Source: Cyanophora paradoxa CCMP329 (lineage: Eukaryota > Plantae > Glaucophyta). From it: 64,000 nt of DNA. The notes beneath the pieces were generated by a model that worked only from the letters and a program-made list of their open reading frames with translations, made no database searches and was not told where the DNA came from. Made by a program: the position numbers and the translations under genes. The stretch spans positions 62,001-126,000 of the forward strand of contig QPMI01000104.1 in the NCBI GenBank assembly GCA_004431415.1, given 5' to 3'. How positions within the stretch are numbered: the first letter of the stretch is position 1; the number at the start of each line of letters is the position of its first letter. Positions 1 to 11,225 of the stretch are shown here, one piece after another.

Positions 1-264
1 TCAGCTGGCCTCGTCGATATCGAACTTCAAGACCTTGTCTACCAGATGCGCGGCGGAAGCGAGCAGCGCGCCAGCCGCGTGGCTCTGCAGGCGCTCGAGG
101 CGGCGGGCCGCCTCACCATGCTCTCCCAGCAGGGCCCTCTTCAGGACCGGCGCCGCTGGCTGCCGCTCACCCGCACGGCCGACTTCCGCCCCGACCCCCT
201 CCAGACGGCCTGGATCGCCTATGTTTACGGCGAGCCCTCTGCAGACAGCACCATCATTTTTTAG
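1..264 (+). CDS. 3' end of an unidentified host gene (partial)
   Basis: GC-rich coding-like frame ending ...WIAYVYGEPSADSTIIF*, followed by AT-richer UTR-like sequence. Confidence 0.35.
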   Translation, partial: SAGLVDIELQDLVYQMRGGSEQRASRVALQALEAAGRLTMLSQQGPLQDRRRWLPLTRTADFRPDPLQTAWIAYVYGEPSADSTIIF

Positions 265-955
265 CCAGCTGTTCAGGAGTAGGGGTAGGCCGTGCAAACA
301 CAGTTGATGCGCACGGTTTTTCCGCTCCAGAACAATCTTTCATATACAGTGCACTCAATCTCGAAGTTCATTCAGGCTTTTCTTTGTTCGGTTAGATCGC
401 AGCGTCTGCTTATCAGCCCTTTTCTACTCTTTACAGTCATAATCTGTCTCTATCTTTACTACTTCAATTGCAACCTGCCGCGCGCGCTGGGCCGGGGTCG
501 ATCTACATCTGCCCCGTGCATGTTCGTGCCACTACTACTCTTTCATTAGATCCAGATTCCCCCCTTGCACCCCCGGCGCGCCAAACGCGGCCGGGCCCCT
601 AGTTAAGTACTAGAACTCCAGAGAACTTCACTGAGGCTGAAATCCGGCAGGGGATTTCTTAAGCGGTTTAAAATTTTAGCTTAAGCTTTCGTCGCTAGCT
701 AGTTCCGACGCGTGCCTTGACGCGTGCGCAGTGGTCGCGGGCCTCGCGGGAGTCGCGGCCGATCTCGCCCGGCCCAGACTGGCGCGGCCCGACCGAGCCG
801 CCCTGTCTGCCACATGTCCGCAATACTTTTAATTAATGCGCCAGATATTAATGCGCTTTTGACCCGGACCCCTAATATAACTATAAATGCGGCATGAATT
901 TTATGCTTTCTGCAGCTTTTTGGCTGCGTTAAGGGGGTACATAATGCAGTCTCCT

Positions 956-1021
956 ATTAATGCGCCCCCAAATTAATGCTTTATGCCAGCGGAAAACGCA
1001 TTAATTTGGGGGCGCATTAAT
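956..1021. repeat. perfect 24-bp inverted repeat (possible MITE remnant)
   Basis: ATTAATGCGCCCCCAAATTAATGC (956-979) and its reverse complement (998-1021); a related partial motif lies near 830-856. Confidence 0.7.
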
Positions 1022-1388
1022 TAAGTGCGCGCATTACTTAAGTGTTGCACGGTACAGTGCCACGGTCCCCACGCTTGATTTCATTTTTCGTTTCTTCAAG
1101 TGAAGACGAGGATTGCTCTGAATTCGAAGCACACTTCATGTTCTTGCAGCCCTGTAACCTGCAGGCTGCAGGCTGCATAGGCTGCAGGCTGCATGAACGA
1201 TCATATTGTATTATTATGCGTCGATCATCGTCCGATCATACGCTCACCGCCGCGGGCACACGCTCCATGCACATGCAGAAAAGCACCTTCAACGGGCGCT
1301 GCTGATCATCGGGTATACTTAGCTGCTGAGGATAGCTGTTAATTATAACGTTCTCCCTTGAGCACGTCTCAAGCTTCCGGCCGCTGCG

Positions 1389-4300
1389 ATGAAGAGCGGC
1401 CATATAGCGCCGCCACGCATCGTGAATTGGAGGCCGTTCGGGATTCGCGGCGCCATCCTCAGCGTCACGTTCGCCCTTCTGTTCGTTCTCGCGGCCTCCG
1501 ACGCGCATGCCGGCCACAGCCGCCTCGTGCACGATCACGTGCACAGCCCGCATGCGCGGGCTGGCATTGATATCTTGGACGTTGTCAGGCGCGGTCGGAG
1601 TGCAGCGGCCGCAGAGGCTGCGCGAGTTGCGGCTGGCACTTCGGCAGCTGCAAGCTCAACCAAGGCCAGATCCACACTCGCGACGAACTTCGGCCCAGTC
1701 CGTGCGTTGACGTTGTCTTTTGTTTTTTTAAATTTGGTCGCTCCGTCACCTCCGCTCGCAACACCTCTTCGAACTCGCTGATGTATCGTCGTGCGCGCGC
1801 AGAGCCAACCTCGCGCTGCACGATCAGGAGTATCTCCATCGAGCGCCGGAGCCCAGGGGACGCAAGTAAGAAGCCATTCGTGATGAACGAAGCCCAGGTA
1901 ATCATAAAGACCGACTCTGCAAATTTAAAGATTGAGAAAAATCGTGGTTTGACTCATGTTCAATCCGTGCAGGTCGAGCAGCTCATCAGGGGCGGAAACC
2001 CGTCTTTCACGTCTACGCTTTATGCCCCACATTACTGCATCGACGGTAAGCTTAAGCAAGCTTGCGACACTGACTGCACCCTTTGGCAGCACGATTAAAA
2101 TTAAATTCCATACAGGTCGGCATGTAAAGAATGCTGTTCACACTCCCGGAGGCGACATCTCAGAGTTCCTGTGAGCGTTCCGATTCACCCCCAAGACAAA
2201 TCAACTCATCAAAACAATTTCCGCAGGCTCGCGCTCAACGCGTTCCAGCAGACTGTCCTTGGCGGCGCCTCTCTGACCGACAAGCAAGTTGAAGACGCGA
2301 TGACGGCGTTCATTGACCAATACGCCATTCCCAACGAGGCGTGCAAGCTTAAAGCTTGTGAAGCGACCTCTGAACCGACGTTCATTGCGACCATTGATCT
2401 CACGTGCGCAGCGCCCCTTCTACATGCACTCCGACGAGGCAAGCGACCGTTTCTTCAAGGTCCGTGTGGATTCAAGATCGAGGCCTCGAAGTTGTTGTGT
2501 CTCACTTTGGAACACAGGAGCTCCTGGCGAACACTTCCATCGGCAACCGCGCCCGCGAGGCGTCCTACTCGATTGAAGGCGCGCAGAGGGCGGACCGCGA
2601 TGCCATTCTTTCCGTGGCCCTCAATCCCGAAACGCTCGGTTCGCTTGGGATTCCCCCCCCTTCTCCCCCGCCTCTGGATTTATGCGCTTGGATCTAAGTG
2701 ATGCAACAGGATGCGGCCACCTCAAAAGAACGCTGAAGAATCCGATAGAATACCAGACCCCTGCGGCTCTCACTGGCAGTGTCATTAAAGCCTTCTACAA
2801 GGCTCTGTGGCGCGACAGGGATGCCAGCAGAGGTGCCGTGGAGTTTCAGATTCTCCCTGGAGACCACGTGGAGGGGTTTGTCGACGTCCCTCCTGTTTCT
2901 TCTCCAAGAATTCTTTATTGATTCTCTAAGCGCAGCTCCGTTGCGATCGTCCGCTCGGGTGCCGCTTGCGGTGATTCTGTCCTCACGTTCAAGCCGAACT
3001 CGACCCAGTTCGGTCAGGTGCACTGATTTAGGATCAGCGATCTGTGAGCGCTCTAAGACACACGTGCACGGCTTGCAGGTCTTCATCTATCACGAGGACT
3101 CTCTCGACTACATTCGGCAGCTGACGACTCGCTTCTTCTGTAACCACAAGACGATGCTCGGCGCATCGCCAACCGCCGACTGCCGGTGCGCATGATCGTG
3201 ATCCACTTTCCGCTCTGATGATCGTCGATGAACGCGACCTCCAATTGCAATCGCGCGTAGCCCGAGTGTTCTCCGAGATCTCATGGAGAGAGTCTTCCAG
3301 GCCGGTTTCGTCAGCACCGCCGGAGTCCTTGCAGAGGTACGCCCTTTCCCTTCCTTTCATCTTTCGTAAATGGCCTGGGATGCTTTGAATGACGCGAAAC
3401 GCAGGCCCGCCCAATCGACCACGTCACGTTTACGGTCGAGGGCTTAGCAGGCGCGAAGACGGCGGCCCTGACGCCAGCGGACGACCCCGATGCCGCCATC
3501 GCGGCTGCGGTGACCCTCAAGCAAGAACAAGCCAAGGGGTGTCCGATGCTGGACGTTACCGCCTCCGTCATCGCGGTCCGCCTAGCTAAATCCGTTAAAC
3601 ATAGGCCGTAGAATTATAACAGGGCCTTTTGCAGGCCTCTAAGGAGAACGACCCGGCGAAGCTCTGGCGGATCCTATCGCTCGAGCACGCGAAGGCGTTC
3701 GCGGGCGACGCGCAAATCGTGGACGTCGTTAACAACACTTGGTCGTGCATTGGTGCGCGCGTGCACGCAGCAGTGTCTCGCCTGCACGTGCCTGAAACAT
3801 CCTGCCGCCGCAGACGGACGCTCGACCAAGGCCATCCTTGGGACACCGGGCGGCACCATGAGCGAGTTCATCCTCGCGCTGGCTGCCTTTCAGAAGAAGG
3901 GGGTCCGTAGGCCCGCGAAAGCTGTTTATTCTCCAGCCTCTCACCGCAGTCTCTGCAGTTCGATGTACCGAACGAGGACACAATGCAGGCGCTCGTCGAC
4001 CTCTACTCCGCACACTACACCATCCCCTACGTTCGGCAGTTCTACATGCACACGGATGCCTTGAGCGTCGCACGCATTGCGGAGAAACTCTCCGTCGACG
4101 CCGGGCAGCTCGGGTCCTGGCTGAGCAACCCGCCAGCGCGCCTGCGCCCAGCTCTACTCGAGTACTCCGCGAACCCCGAATACATGGTCAGCAACTTCTT
4201 TGACGTGTACATGTGTCTCGAGCTCAGGGCTGCGGCGGGCTTATATTATGCGAATCTCCTTCCCAGGGCTGCGGCCACATCAAGAACACAATTGAGGAGG

Positions 4301-6415
4301 GAGTTAAAGGCATGCCCACTTACGGAATCGATTCCCAGCGAGTGATATGGGCGGTCCGCTCTTTCATGCGCGCGCTCTGGGCCGATACCTCCCGCGGGGC
4401 TGGCCGCTTCGTGTATGAGGTGCTTTTACATCTGTTCGCCTCTGAAAGGAAATTTGCCGCTAAGAATAAGCTAATTCGCAATCCAGAATTTGCAAGGTCA
4501 GCACGTTGAGGGGGCCGTGATTCTAGTCAAGTCGGCTGGCTGTGCCCATCACGCGGCCGAAGTCGCTCCTCACCAGGTTTCTGCTATATATCTTCATTCA
4601 AGCGATGGTTTGGGCACGCATATGCATTCGATCAAGGTTTCTGCAGGGCAACCTCGTGGAAGGGACAAAGCCAGCGATCGGAGATGGAGAGGCCTTCATT
4701 TTCCATTATGCGGACGTCGGGATGCTTCGTGAGTGGAACGCCAAGGTGCCGTCCGGTGTCTCTACTAGTTCGGCGCTTACAAACATTGATGATCCGCCAG
4801 TTCTTCACGGACAGCGTCCGCCCGGCACTGCCTTCGATCCCGCAGACCTTAGCGTCCGTCAATCGCGACGAAATGGTGAAGGACATGAACGTTACCGATA
4901 TCTTCATTCCCGGCGTGCGTCAAATCCAGGCACTTCGCTTCGATACAAACCAATCATAATCTCTTCAGTTTGCATTCACTGCCTCGGGACTTGCGGCAAC
5001 CCTGCCCCAGTTGTGAGTCAGGCTTTGAATGCAGTCCGCCGTTCCGCCGTCTACTCACGAAATATCAGCTTTACCGATGTATCTGGGACCAAGTATTCCG
5101 AAATTTCTTTCGCCGTCAAGGCCGATGAGGCTATAATCAAGGGTTCGTCACTTAGCACGTTAACAACGCTGAAGTTACATCACTGTACCTCATGCGTCCG
5201 AATCGCAGGGAAGCTGCAGTCCAAGAAGGAGCTTCTGTCGTTCTATGTCGACTTGCCTGGACTACCGTGCTCCGCTCTCACCGCCGATGGCTTCAATGAC
5301 ATTAAAGCCAACCTCGCAGCGTCTGCACCTCGATGAGCTCTGCGTAAGAATCCCGATCAACTCATCCCGGCTGCGCAGCAAGCTGCTGCTGGATCCGGCC
5401 CGGCTGCTGGTTTCGAACGTGCGCTGCGGACTGCAGGAGCGCAGTCGGCGCACCCTCTTCCAGACCTCGCGCCGCGCTCGCCGCGGGATGCTAGCCACGT
5501 CTTCCGCTGCCGATGGCACGTGGACTGTCCTCACTGTCAACGTCCTCCCGCCTCGGCGTGCGCATACGATTCTCTTTCTCGTGTTCCTCCTTCCGACTTG
5601 GGTACAGATCTACAGTTTACTTTCTTGCAGGCTTTGATGACGCTCTCACGCTGGATGTGCTCTCCAAACGCATCAACGCAGCCGCTACCTTTTTCACTCT
5701 CACTCTCCTCGGATTCGGTGACGCGAAAATCCGGCCAGGTGTGGAAGGCTCGGATCAGTACCCGGCAGACACGTCTACCAAGGACTACGGACCAGTCGCG
5801 CCCCCATCTCGCTTCAGCCTCGACGCCGCCGCCGACTTGAAGACCTACCTCTCTACAGTCGAGGCAGCGGCCGGCCCGCACCCGGCCGCCCTCGACCACA
5901 GCAAGATCGCACAGCTTGTCGCCCGCGGAAAGCCCCGGTTTATTGATACACGTTTCGCACCTCATTACTGTATCGATGGTGAGAGCTGGGTCTGCCGTCA
6001 ATCCTCTATCCTCACCGCTAACGAGGGAGGCAGGGCGACACGTCCGCGGCTCGGTGCACACTCCGGGCGGTGACATTTCCGAGTTCCTTCTCGCCCTCTC
6101 GGCGTTTCAGCGGACGGTCCTCAAGGGCGCGGCTATTTCCGACGAGCACGTATTCCAGATTATGACGATCTGGATTGACACATACGCCATCCCGAACGAG
6201 GTCAGTCGCGCTATTCGGCGGAATTTCATATGCATGGTGCGGGCCGCTGAGCTCATTCGCGTTTGCAGCGCCCCTTCTACATGCACACAGACGTGCGTGA
6301 TGTACTTACCACCCATGCTTAAGATTTACTGACGCACAATGCAGGAGCGGAGCGACGAGTATTTGATGCAGAAGCTCGGCCGCGACGCGTCGTTTGACGC
6401 CGCCATGCCGCCGGC
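1389..6415 (+). CDS. host multi-exon, probably secreted protein with >=3 zeta/CDCA-type carbonic-anhydrase-like repeats; interrupted by element 1
   Basis: Hydrophobic signal-like N-terminus. Across short GT-AG introns the motif set CIDGR...TPGG(D/T)xSEFxLAL...FYMH(S/T)D...GCGH recurs (~1980-2880, ~3630-4580, ~5900-6415; the third copy is cut before GCGH). Exon boundaries are approximate. Confidence 0.55.
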
Positions 6416-6488
6416 ACACATATGAATATTCATATTTTAATCCCTCGGCGTTCCGCCTCAGGATTAAAATATGAATATTCATATGTGT
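6416..6488. repeat. terminal hairpin of element 1 (28-bp perfect stem, 17-nt loop)
   Basis: ACACATATGAATATTCATATTTTAATCC / CTCGGCGTTCCGCCTCA / GGATTAAAATATGAATATTCATATGTGT. Confidence 0.95.
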
Positions 6489-6764
6489 GATTCGATGTTA
6501 TATCAATAAAATCGATTAATTTATTTGAATTTTCACATGAATTTTCATATTTTTATATGCAATTTCAATTAATTTAATCGATGTTATATCGATAAACTCG
6601 ATTAATCGATATTGTATCTTAATTGTAGTTAATCGGAATTATATCAATAACTTCGATTGATCTTAATTGAATCCTAAATGAATCTAATCGGAATTATATC
6701 AATAAATTCGATTAAATCATGTTCTTTTCCGATTAAATCAATTAAATATTTAACTTTGTTACCA

Positions 6765-7200
6765 TAAGTGGTCTAAGTTGACTCACTTTTCATAAACATT
6801 TTGAACTCTTAGTCTCCTTGAATTTCTTAAGATGACTCAACTTAGTCAACTTAGTCAACTTTGTTACCATAATCAATCAGGGTGGACTCACTTTTAGATC
6901 AACTTTGAAATTTCAAGCAAAATCAACTTTGATTTCAAAAGTGGATCTTCTAAGTGGACTCAAAATGTTCACTTTGTGATACATGTTAGCTCAAATCCTT
7001 ACTGTTTATGGTCAGGGTTGACTAAGTGGGGGAGTTGACACATTTTTTGAAATCCTTTTTAGAAAACTTTTGGTCCCAAATATTTCCTGTGAAATTTGAG
7101 TCAACTCAACCCACTTAGTCAACCCTTGCATTGAATTCGTAACAAAATCCATATACTATTACTACTTTTACGATTAATATGAGTCAACCTTGAGTCCACT
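6765..7200. promoter_or_regulatory. subterminal iteron region (GTTGAC/GTCAAC, GTGGAC); putative origin, core cassette 7014-7128
   Basis: Many GTTGAC/GTCAAC hexamers in inverted arrays flanking an AT-rich spacer; same scaffold as the element 2 TIR repeat unit. Confidence 0.55.
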
Positions 7201-7435
7201 TTAATATAAATATTATATAATAGGGGGAATCAAGGGGAATGTTGAGTTTTACTGTAATGAAATCGAATAGTATTCCAATTACTTACAATAGAATTCTATC
7301 GTAAAAAATGTCCGGAATCCGGAAAATAAACATTGTAGAAAGCTACTGTAGGAAAAGGATATATTATATCTTTTTGTAACAGTTGCTATTGTAAAACAAA
7401 AGGTAAATTACCTTGATTATCATTATAGAAACCCA

Positions 7436-7834
7436 TCAAAACGGGAATCTATCATGTTTATGTCTCTCAGTCTTCTCAAATGTGAGGAAATTCATTGTTT
7501 TATCGATCTCATCTGCAACTGCTTGTGTTTTATGCTGAGCTTCTTTACCACAACTGAATATATCAATTGCTAACATGCCTTCATTGGAATAACAATGAGC
7601 TGTGCAATGGCTTTCATCTAATAGCAGAACCAATGCAAACCCAGGAGGTGATACTTTGCCATCAAATATCTCACAGTGTTTATGAACAATCCTAATGCCT
7701 TGTCTTAATATTGCTTGTTCTAGGGTTCTCATAATCCAATTACCTAGGAAGCTTACATGCTCATGTCCTGTTGCAATAGCTGATTTAGCTTTGTAATCAA
7801 GCATAACATGAAAGCCTCTGTATTTAGTCTCCAT
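7436..7834 (-). CDS. speD: S-adenosylmethionine decarboxylase proenzyme (bacterial/archaeal class 1B type)
   Basis: GFALVLLLDESHCTAHCY (ES|H self-cleavage motif) and AIDIFSCG; 132 aa. Confidence 0.85.
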   Translation of the reverse strand: METKYRGFHVMLDYKAKSAIATGHEHVSFLGNWIMRTLEQAILRQGIRIVHKHCEIFDGKVSPPGFALVLLLDESHCTAHCYSNEGMLAIDIFSCGKEAQHKTQAVADEIDKTMNFLTFEKTERHKHDRFPF

Positions 7835-7863
7835 TAAGAATACCTTAGAAAAATTAATTAAAC

Positions 7864-8136
7864 CTAATCGAACCTAATGCAAATATCCCTATACTCTACT
7901 CTGATTGATGAAGTAGCCCTTTTCCTATAAGCCTGAGAGTGCTTTTTGTTGCATTCCCTACACCCTGATCCCTTCACATGATTAAAGGGATAGGTAAGGA
8001 TCACCTTATTACACTGCAAACATCTCACAGATACTTTCTCTTGAGCTTTGATGTAATGTGTCTCACTGTAATCGAATTTATCTTTACCATGAACTGTCAT
8101 AGCAGCATCAATAAACTTTTTTGTTTTACTATCCAT
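7864..8136 (-). CDS. zinc-ribbon protein (DUF723/homing-endonuclease-associated type)
   Basis: FIDAAMTVHGKDKFDYS...CLQC...NHVKGSGCREC. Confidence 0.6.
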   Translation of the reverse strand: MDSKTKKFIDAAMTVHGKDKFDYSETHYIKAQEKVSVRCLQCNKVILTYPFNHVKGSGCRECNKKHSQAYRKRATSSIRVEYRDICIRFD

Positions 8137-8158
8137 ACTCTATATATAACCAATATTC

Positions 8159-8991
8159 TTATGGAGCAGTATCCTGCCCGAAAATGGGGAAATATCGATT
8201 TGTCCCATAATACTCAGCATAGGTATTCTGCCTTGCAATAAAATCGGTTCTCTCAGCATATAATACACACTTGTAGATACCAAACTTGGTGGCTCTAACC
8301 AGAAACTGATAGTCTTCCAAACCGAAATTGACTCCATGATAAGCAATACCAAAATTATCATATGGGGTGATCACAACTGCAAAATTAGGAGTTCCACCCT
8401 CTACTTGACAAAGAGCATAAACATCTGGTGGGATATCCACAACCACCTTGTAGTGGTCACCAATCTCAACAAGGGAGTCTACTACTGCTGTCTGTTCATT
8501 TACTACAATGGGGAATATTTTGATTATATAGGGGCATTCATGCTGGGGACATAGGTTCGAATTCTTGTATTGGGATCAATGGGATTGGGTTGATCATTCA
8601 CAAATAAAGGCGCTCCAACAGCCCCACCAACCCTAAGACCATCACCAATATAAGCTCCCCCCGATTTGCAGTTAATAGCTCCCGACCTAGATTCAAAAGA
8701 ATAAGTAGACAGAGGATCTCCATAGCTATCTGGGTCTCCATAATGAGCAGAAAAGTTTGCATTTGTGACAAGTAGCTTAGTTGTCTTAACTATTCCATTA
8801 TTTTTATCACACCTGAGTTCCTGTAATCTCAGTTTGTGGGTGGAACCAAAGGTGTTCATTGTAGGTTGGACCTCTGTTGATTGGAGACCCTCCACATCAT
8901 CAAAGGTAGCATGCTGCAGAACATGGTTTGCTGGGGCAGCTAATGATAGCTGAGGTGTAATAATTCGTTCAAGTGGGGGTTGCTCAGCCAT
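8159..8991 (-). CDS. fibre-family protein 1 (shared N-terminal module); two ORFs joined by one homopolymer frameshift at ~8531
   Basis: LRLQELRCDKNNGIVKTT...SGGAYIGDG. One extra base in GGGG joins 8524-8991 to 8159-8446, giving a protein collinear with the 9015 paralogue. Confidence 0.7.
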
Positions 8992-9014
8992 TTTACATTA
9001 AAGGGATATATCTT

Positions 9015-9860
9015 TTATGGGGTTGGGTCATCAATTACATCTAATTCTTGGTAAAACCCTGTAACTGAAAGAGTATCAGGAGTTACACCTCTAAGAGCTG
9101 ATACAGCGGCTATATCTGTTCTCAAACCGATAAGAGTTATAGTATATAACCCAATATCAGTAACAAACAAGTCAAAGGTGAAATTATTATTATAAACACA
9201 GTAGCCATAACCGAAATGATTATATCCCTGAACATTGAAATAGTATCTATGACCTACTTGATTGTTGTTGGCTCTACAAAGGGAAAGCATTGCAGATGGA
9301 ATCGCAAGACCTCTCAGTACTCTTTTGGTTCCTTCAATTAATTCCGAGTTTTCAAGAGTAACAGTATATCCAATGTAAAATTGAATTAATGGCTGCTGTG
9401 CAACAGGAGTATATAATCGAATTCGTTGGGGGTCTTCTACATTTTGCTCTAGAGTATCTGGGACATCATTATACGAAATTGAGGATGAAAGCTGACCTGA
9501 AATTCGACAGCCACCCCCAATAAATGCTCCTCCTGATCTCACAGTAACAGCAGCAGAATTCTTATCGAAATCAAGGGCTTTCAGATCAACACTGTAAGCA
9601 TCAGGACCTCCATTAGTAGGCTGAAAGAAGTTAGCATTTGTGACAAGAAGTCGAGTTGTTTTAACCACACCAGAATTCTTATCAGCTCTCAGCTCTTTAA
9701 CTCGAATAATCGAATTTTTATCAAAGGAGTTGCCATTGGAATTGGGTCTCTCTGTGGATTCTAAACCACGAACCTCATCATTTACTTCATGCTGGCGAAA
9801 ATGCATTGCAGGGGATCCAAGGGAATATATAGGCAGTTGAACTCGATTATATTCACCCAT
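9015..9860 (-). CDS. fibre-family protein 2 (shared N-terminal module)
   Basis: IRVKELRADKNSGVVKTT...SGGAFIGGG; probable start MGEYN at 9860. Confidence 0.75.
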   Translation of the reverse strand: MGEYNRVQLPIYSLGSPAMHFRQHEVNDEVRGLESTERPNSNGNSFDKNSIIRVKELRADKNSGVVKTTRLLVTNANFFQPTNGGPDAYSVDLKALDFDKNSAAVTVRSGGAFIGGGCRISGQLSSSISYNDVPDTLEQNVEDPQRIRLYTPVAQQPLIQFYIGYTVTLENSELIEGTKRVLRGLAIPSAMLSLCRANNNQVGHRYYFNVQGYNHFGYGYCVYNNNFTFDLFVTDIGLYTITLIGLRTDIAAVSALRGVTPDTLSVTGFYQELDVIDDPTP

Positions 9861-9894
9861 TGCTTCTTTTACTAAGAAGGAAAGAAAATAATGT

Positions 9895-10161
9895 TCATTG
9901 TTCTTCTGTGACAATATTATACTCGATCGCTTTTTTCACAGTTCCCCTTCGGAATGCCTGTAACACAATTGCTTCCTTTGAGGTTGGTATTTGAACTCCA
10001 CCTGAGATGCAAGAGTGGATCTCTTTCTGAACAATCTCATCAATTGCGATTCTTGCCCTGTTATGGGCTGCATTATCGATCCAATCTTGAACAGAAGCAG
10101 CACAAAATTCCATTCCCAACTTCTCAATATCAGATAGAACCACTTGGTAAATATTCGACAT
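9895..10161 (-). CDS. small protein resembling phage fibre-associated partner proteins
   Basis: VQDWIDNAAHNRARIAIDEIV motif, recalled from marine tailed-phage ORFs next to C1q fibre genes; lies directly downstream of a C1q fibre gene here. Confidence 0.5.
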   Translation of the reverse strand: MSNIYQVVLSDIEKLGMEFCAASVQDWIDNAAHNRARIAIDEIVQKEIHSCISGGVQIPTSKEAIVLQAFRRGTVKKAIEYNIVTEEQ

Positions 10162-10183
10162 TTCCTAAACTACCATAAGAAAA

Positions 10184-11203
10184 TTAAACGATGCTTATTA
10201 ATTCACCTGAGAAGGCTGTTTGACTGGCATAGGAACCGACTGAATTTGTAACAAGTGTCACATATTCGTTTTGGGCAAGATTGAGAATGCAAGAGAAACA
10301 CAGCGCTTTATTTGTTGTTGACAGATTGTGAACTTGGGAAATGCTCAATCCCCCTGGATCTGCATTGTTTACCCTGAGAAACAATTCAATAGCAGAAGTT
10401 GTGGTTGAAGAAGTGAATACTGAAAATCGATAGTGTCCTGCAACAGGTGCTGTGAACCTTCCAGTTGATGTGCTGAATGAATTGGTATTGTTTACTCGAA
10501 CTGTTGCCCAGTTTAGTAGATCAGCAGAAGTTGTAGCAGTGTGGTTGTAGCCAAGTTGAACTGAAAATCGTGGATGTGATGTTTTGAGATAACACCCTGT
10601 ATTAACTGTCAAACTATTCGCTTCCAGAGTAACAACAGTGTAACTATTTCGTTTCAGGAGAAGGTCTACATTGGCTCCTGTATCGATTTCTGGTGTAACA
10701 ACCTTGTTTGTTGCTGTGATTGTAGCCTGTGAGGCAATTGGTAGTGAAATACCAGCATTAGCTGTTACCAATCCTGTAAAGGTGCTTGTTCCTGTAATAC
10801 TCACCTGGTTTGCTGTAAGAGTTCCATCAACTCTTGCCCCATCTCCAATGTAAGCTCCTCCACTTCTCACAACAAGAGCAGAGTTATTAATTGTATTGTC
10901 AAAGGTTACTATTTTGGGTGTGGTGACCCCTCCAACATCATCATATATTGATGAATCGGAAACAATCTGACCTGATTGAACTTGGTTCTTGTTTGAAACT
11001 ATTAAACCTGTGGTTCTCACCTTGCCCCCATTGCGATCACATCGAATTTCTTTGCATCTGATCACAGAGTTTTGAGAAAACGAATCGGCTCCTGTCGTTT
11101 CAGTGCAAATAAAACCAGGGGTTGCATCTGTTACTGTGTGATTGAGTTGATGTAATTTTGGGGCGGCATAACAGAAAACAGGGACAGCTATTTGAGTGGT
11201 CAT
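10184..11203 (-). CDS. fibre-family protein 3 with C-terminal C1q-like domain
   Basis: Shared N-module; FSTSTGRFTAPVAGHYRFS...LNLAQNEYV...FSGELI. Confidence 0.8.
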   Translation of the reverse strand: MTTQIAVPVFCYAAPKLHQLNHTVTDATPGFICTETTGADSFSQNSVIRCKEIRCDRNGGKVRTTGLIVSNKNQVQSGQIVSDSSIYDDVGGVTTPKIVTFDNTINNSALVVRSGGAYIGDGARVDGTLTANQVSITGTSTFTGLVTANAGISLPIASQATITATNKVVTPEIDTGANVDLLLKRNSYTVVTLEANSLTVNTGCYLKTSHPRFSVQLGYNHTATTSADLLNWATVRVNNTNSFSTSTGRFTAPVAGHYRFSVFTSSTTTSAIELFLRVNNADPGGLSISQVHNLSTTNKALCFSCILNLAQNEYVTLVTNSVGSYASQTAFSGELISIV

Positions 11204-11225
11204 ACTTTACATTATGTGGATAATA

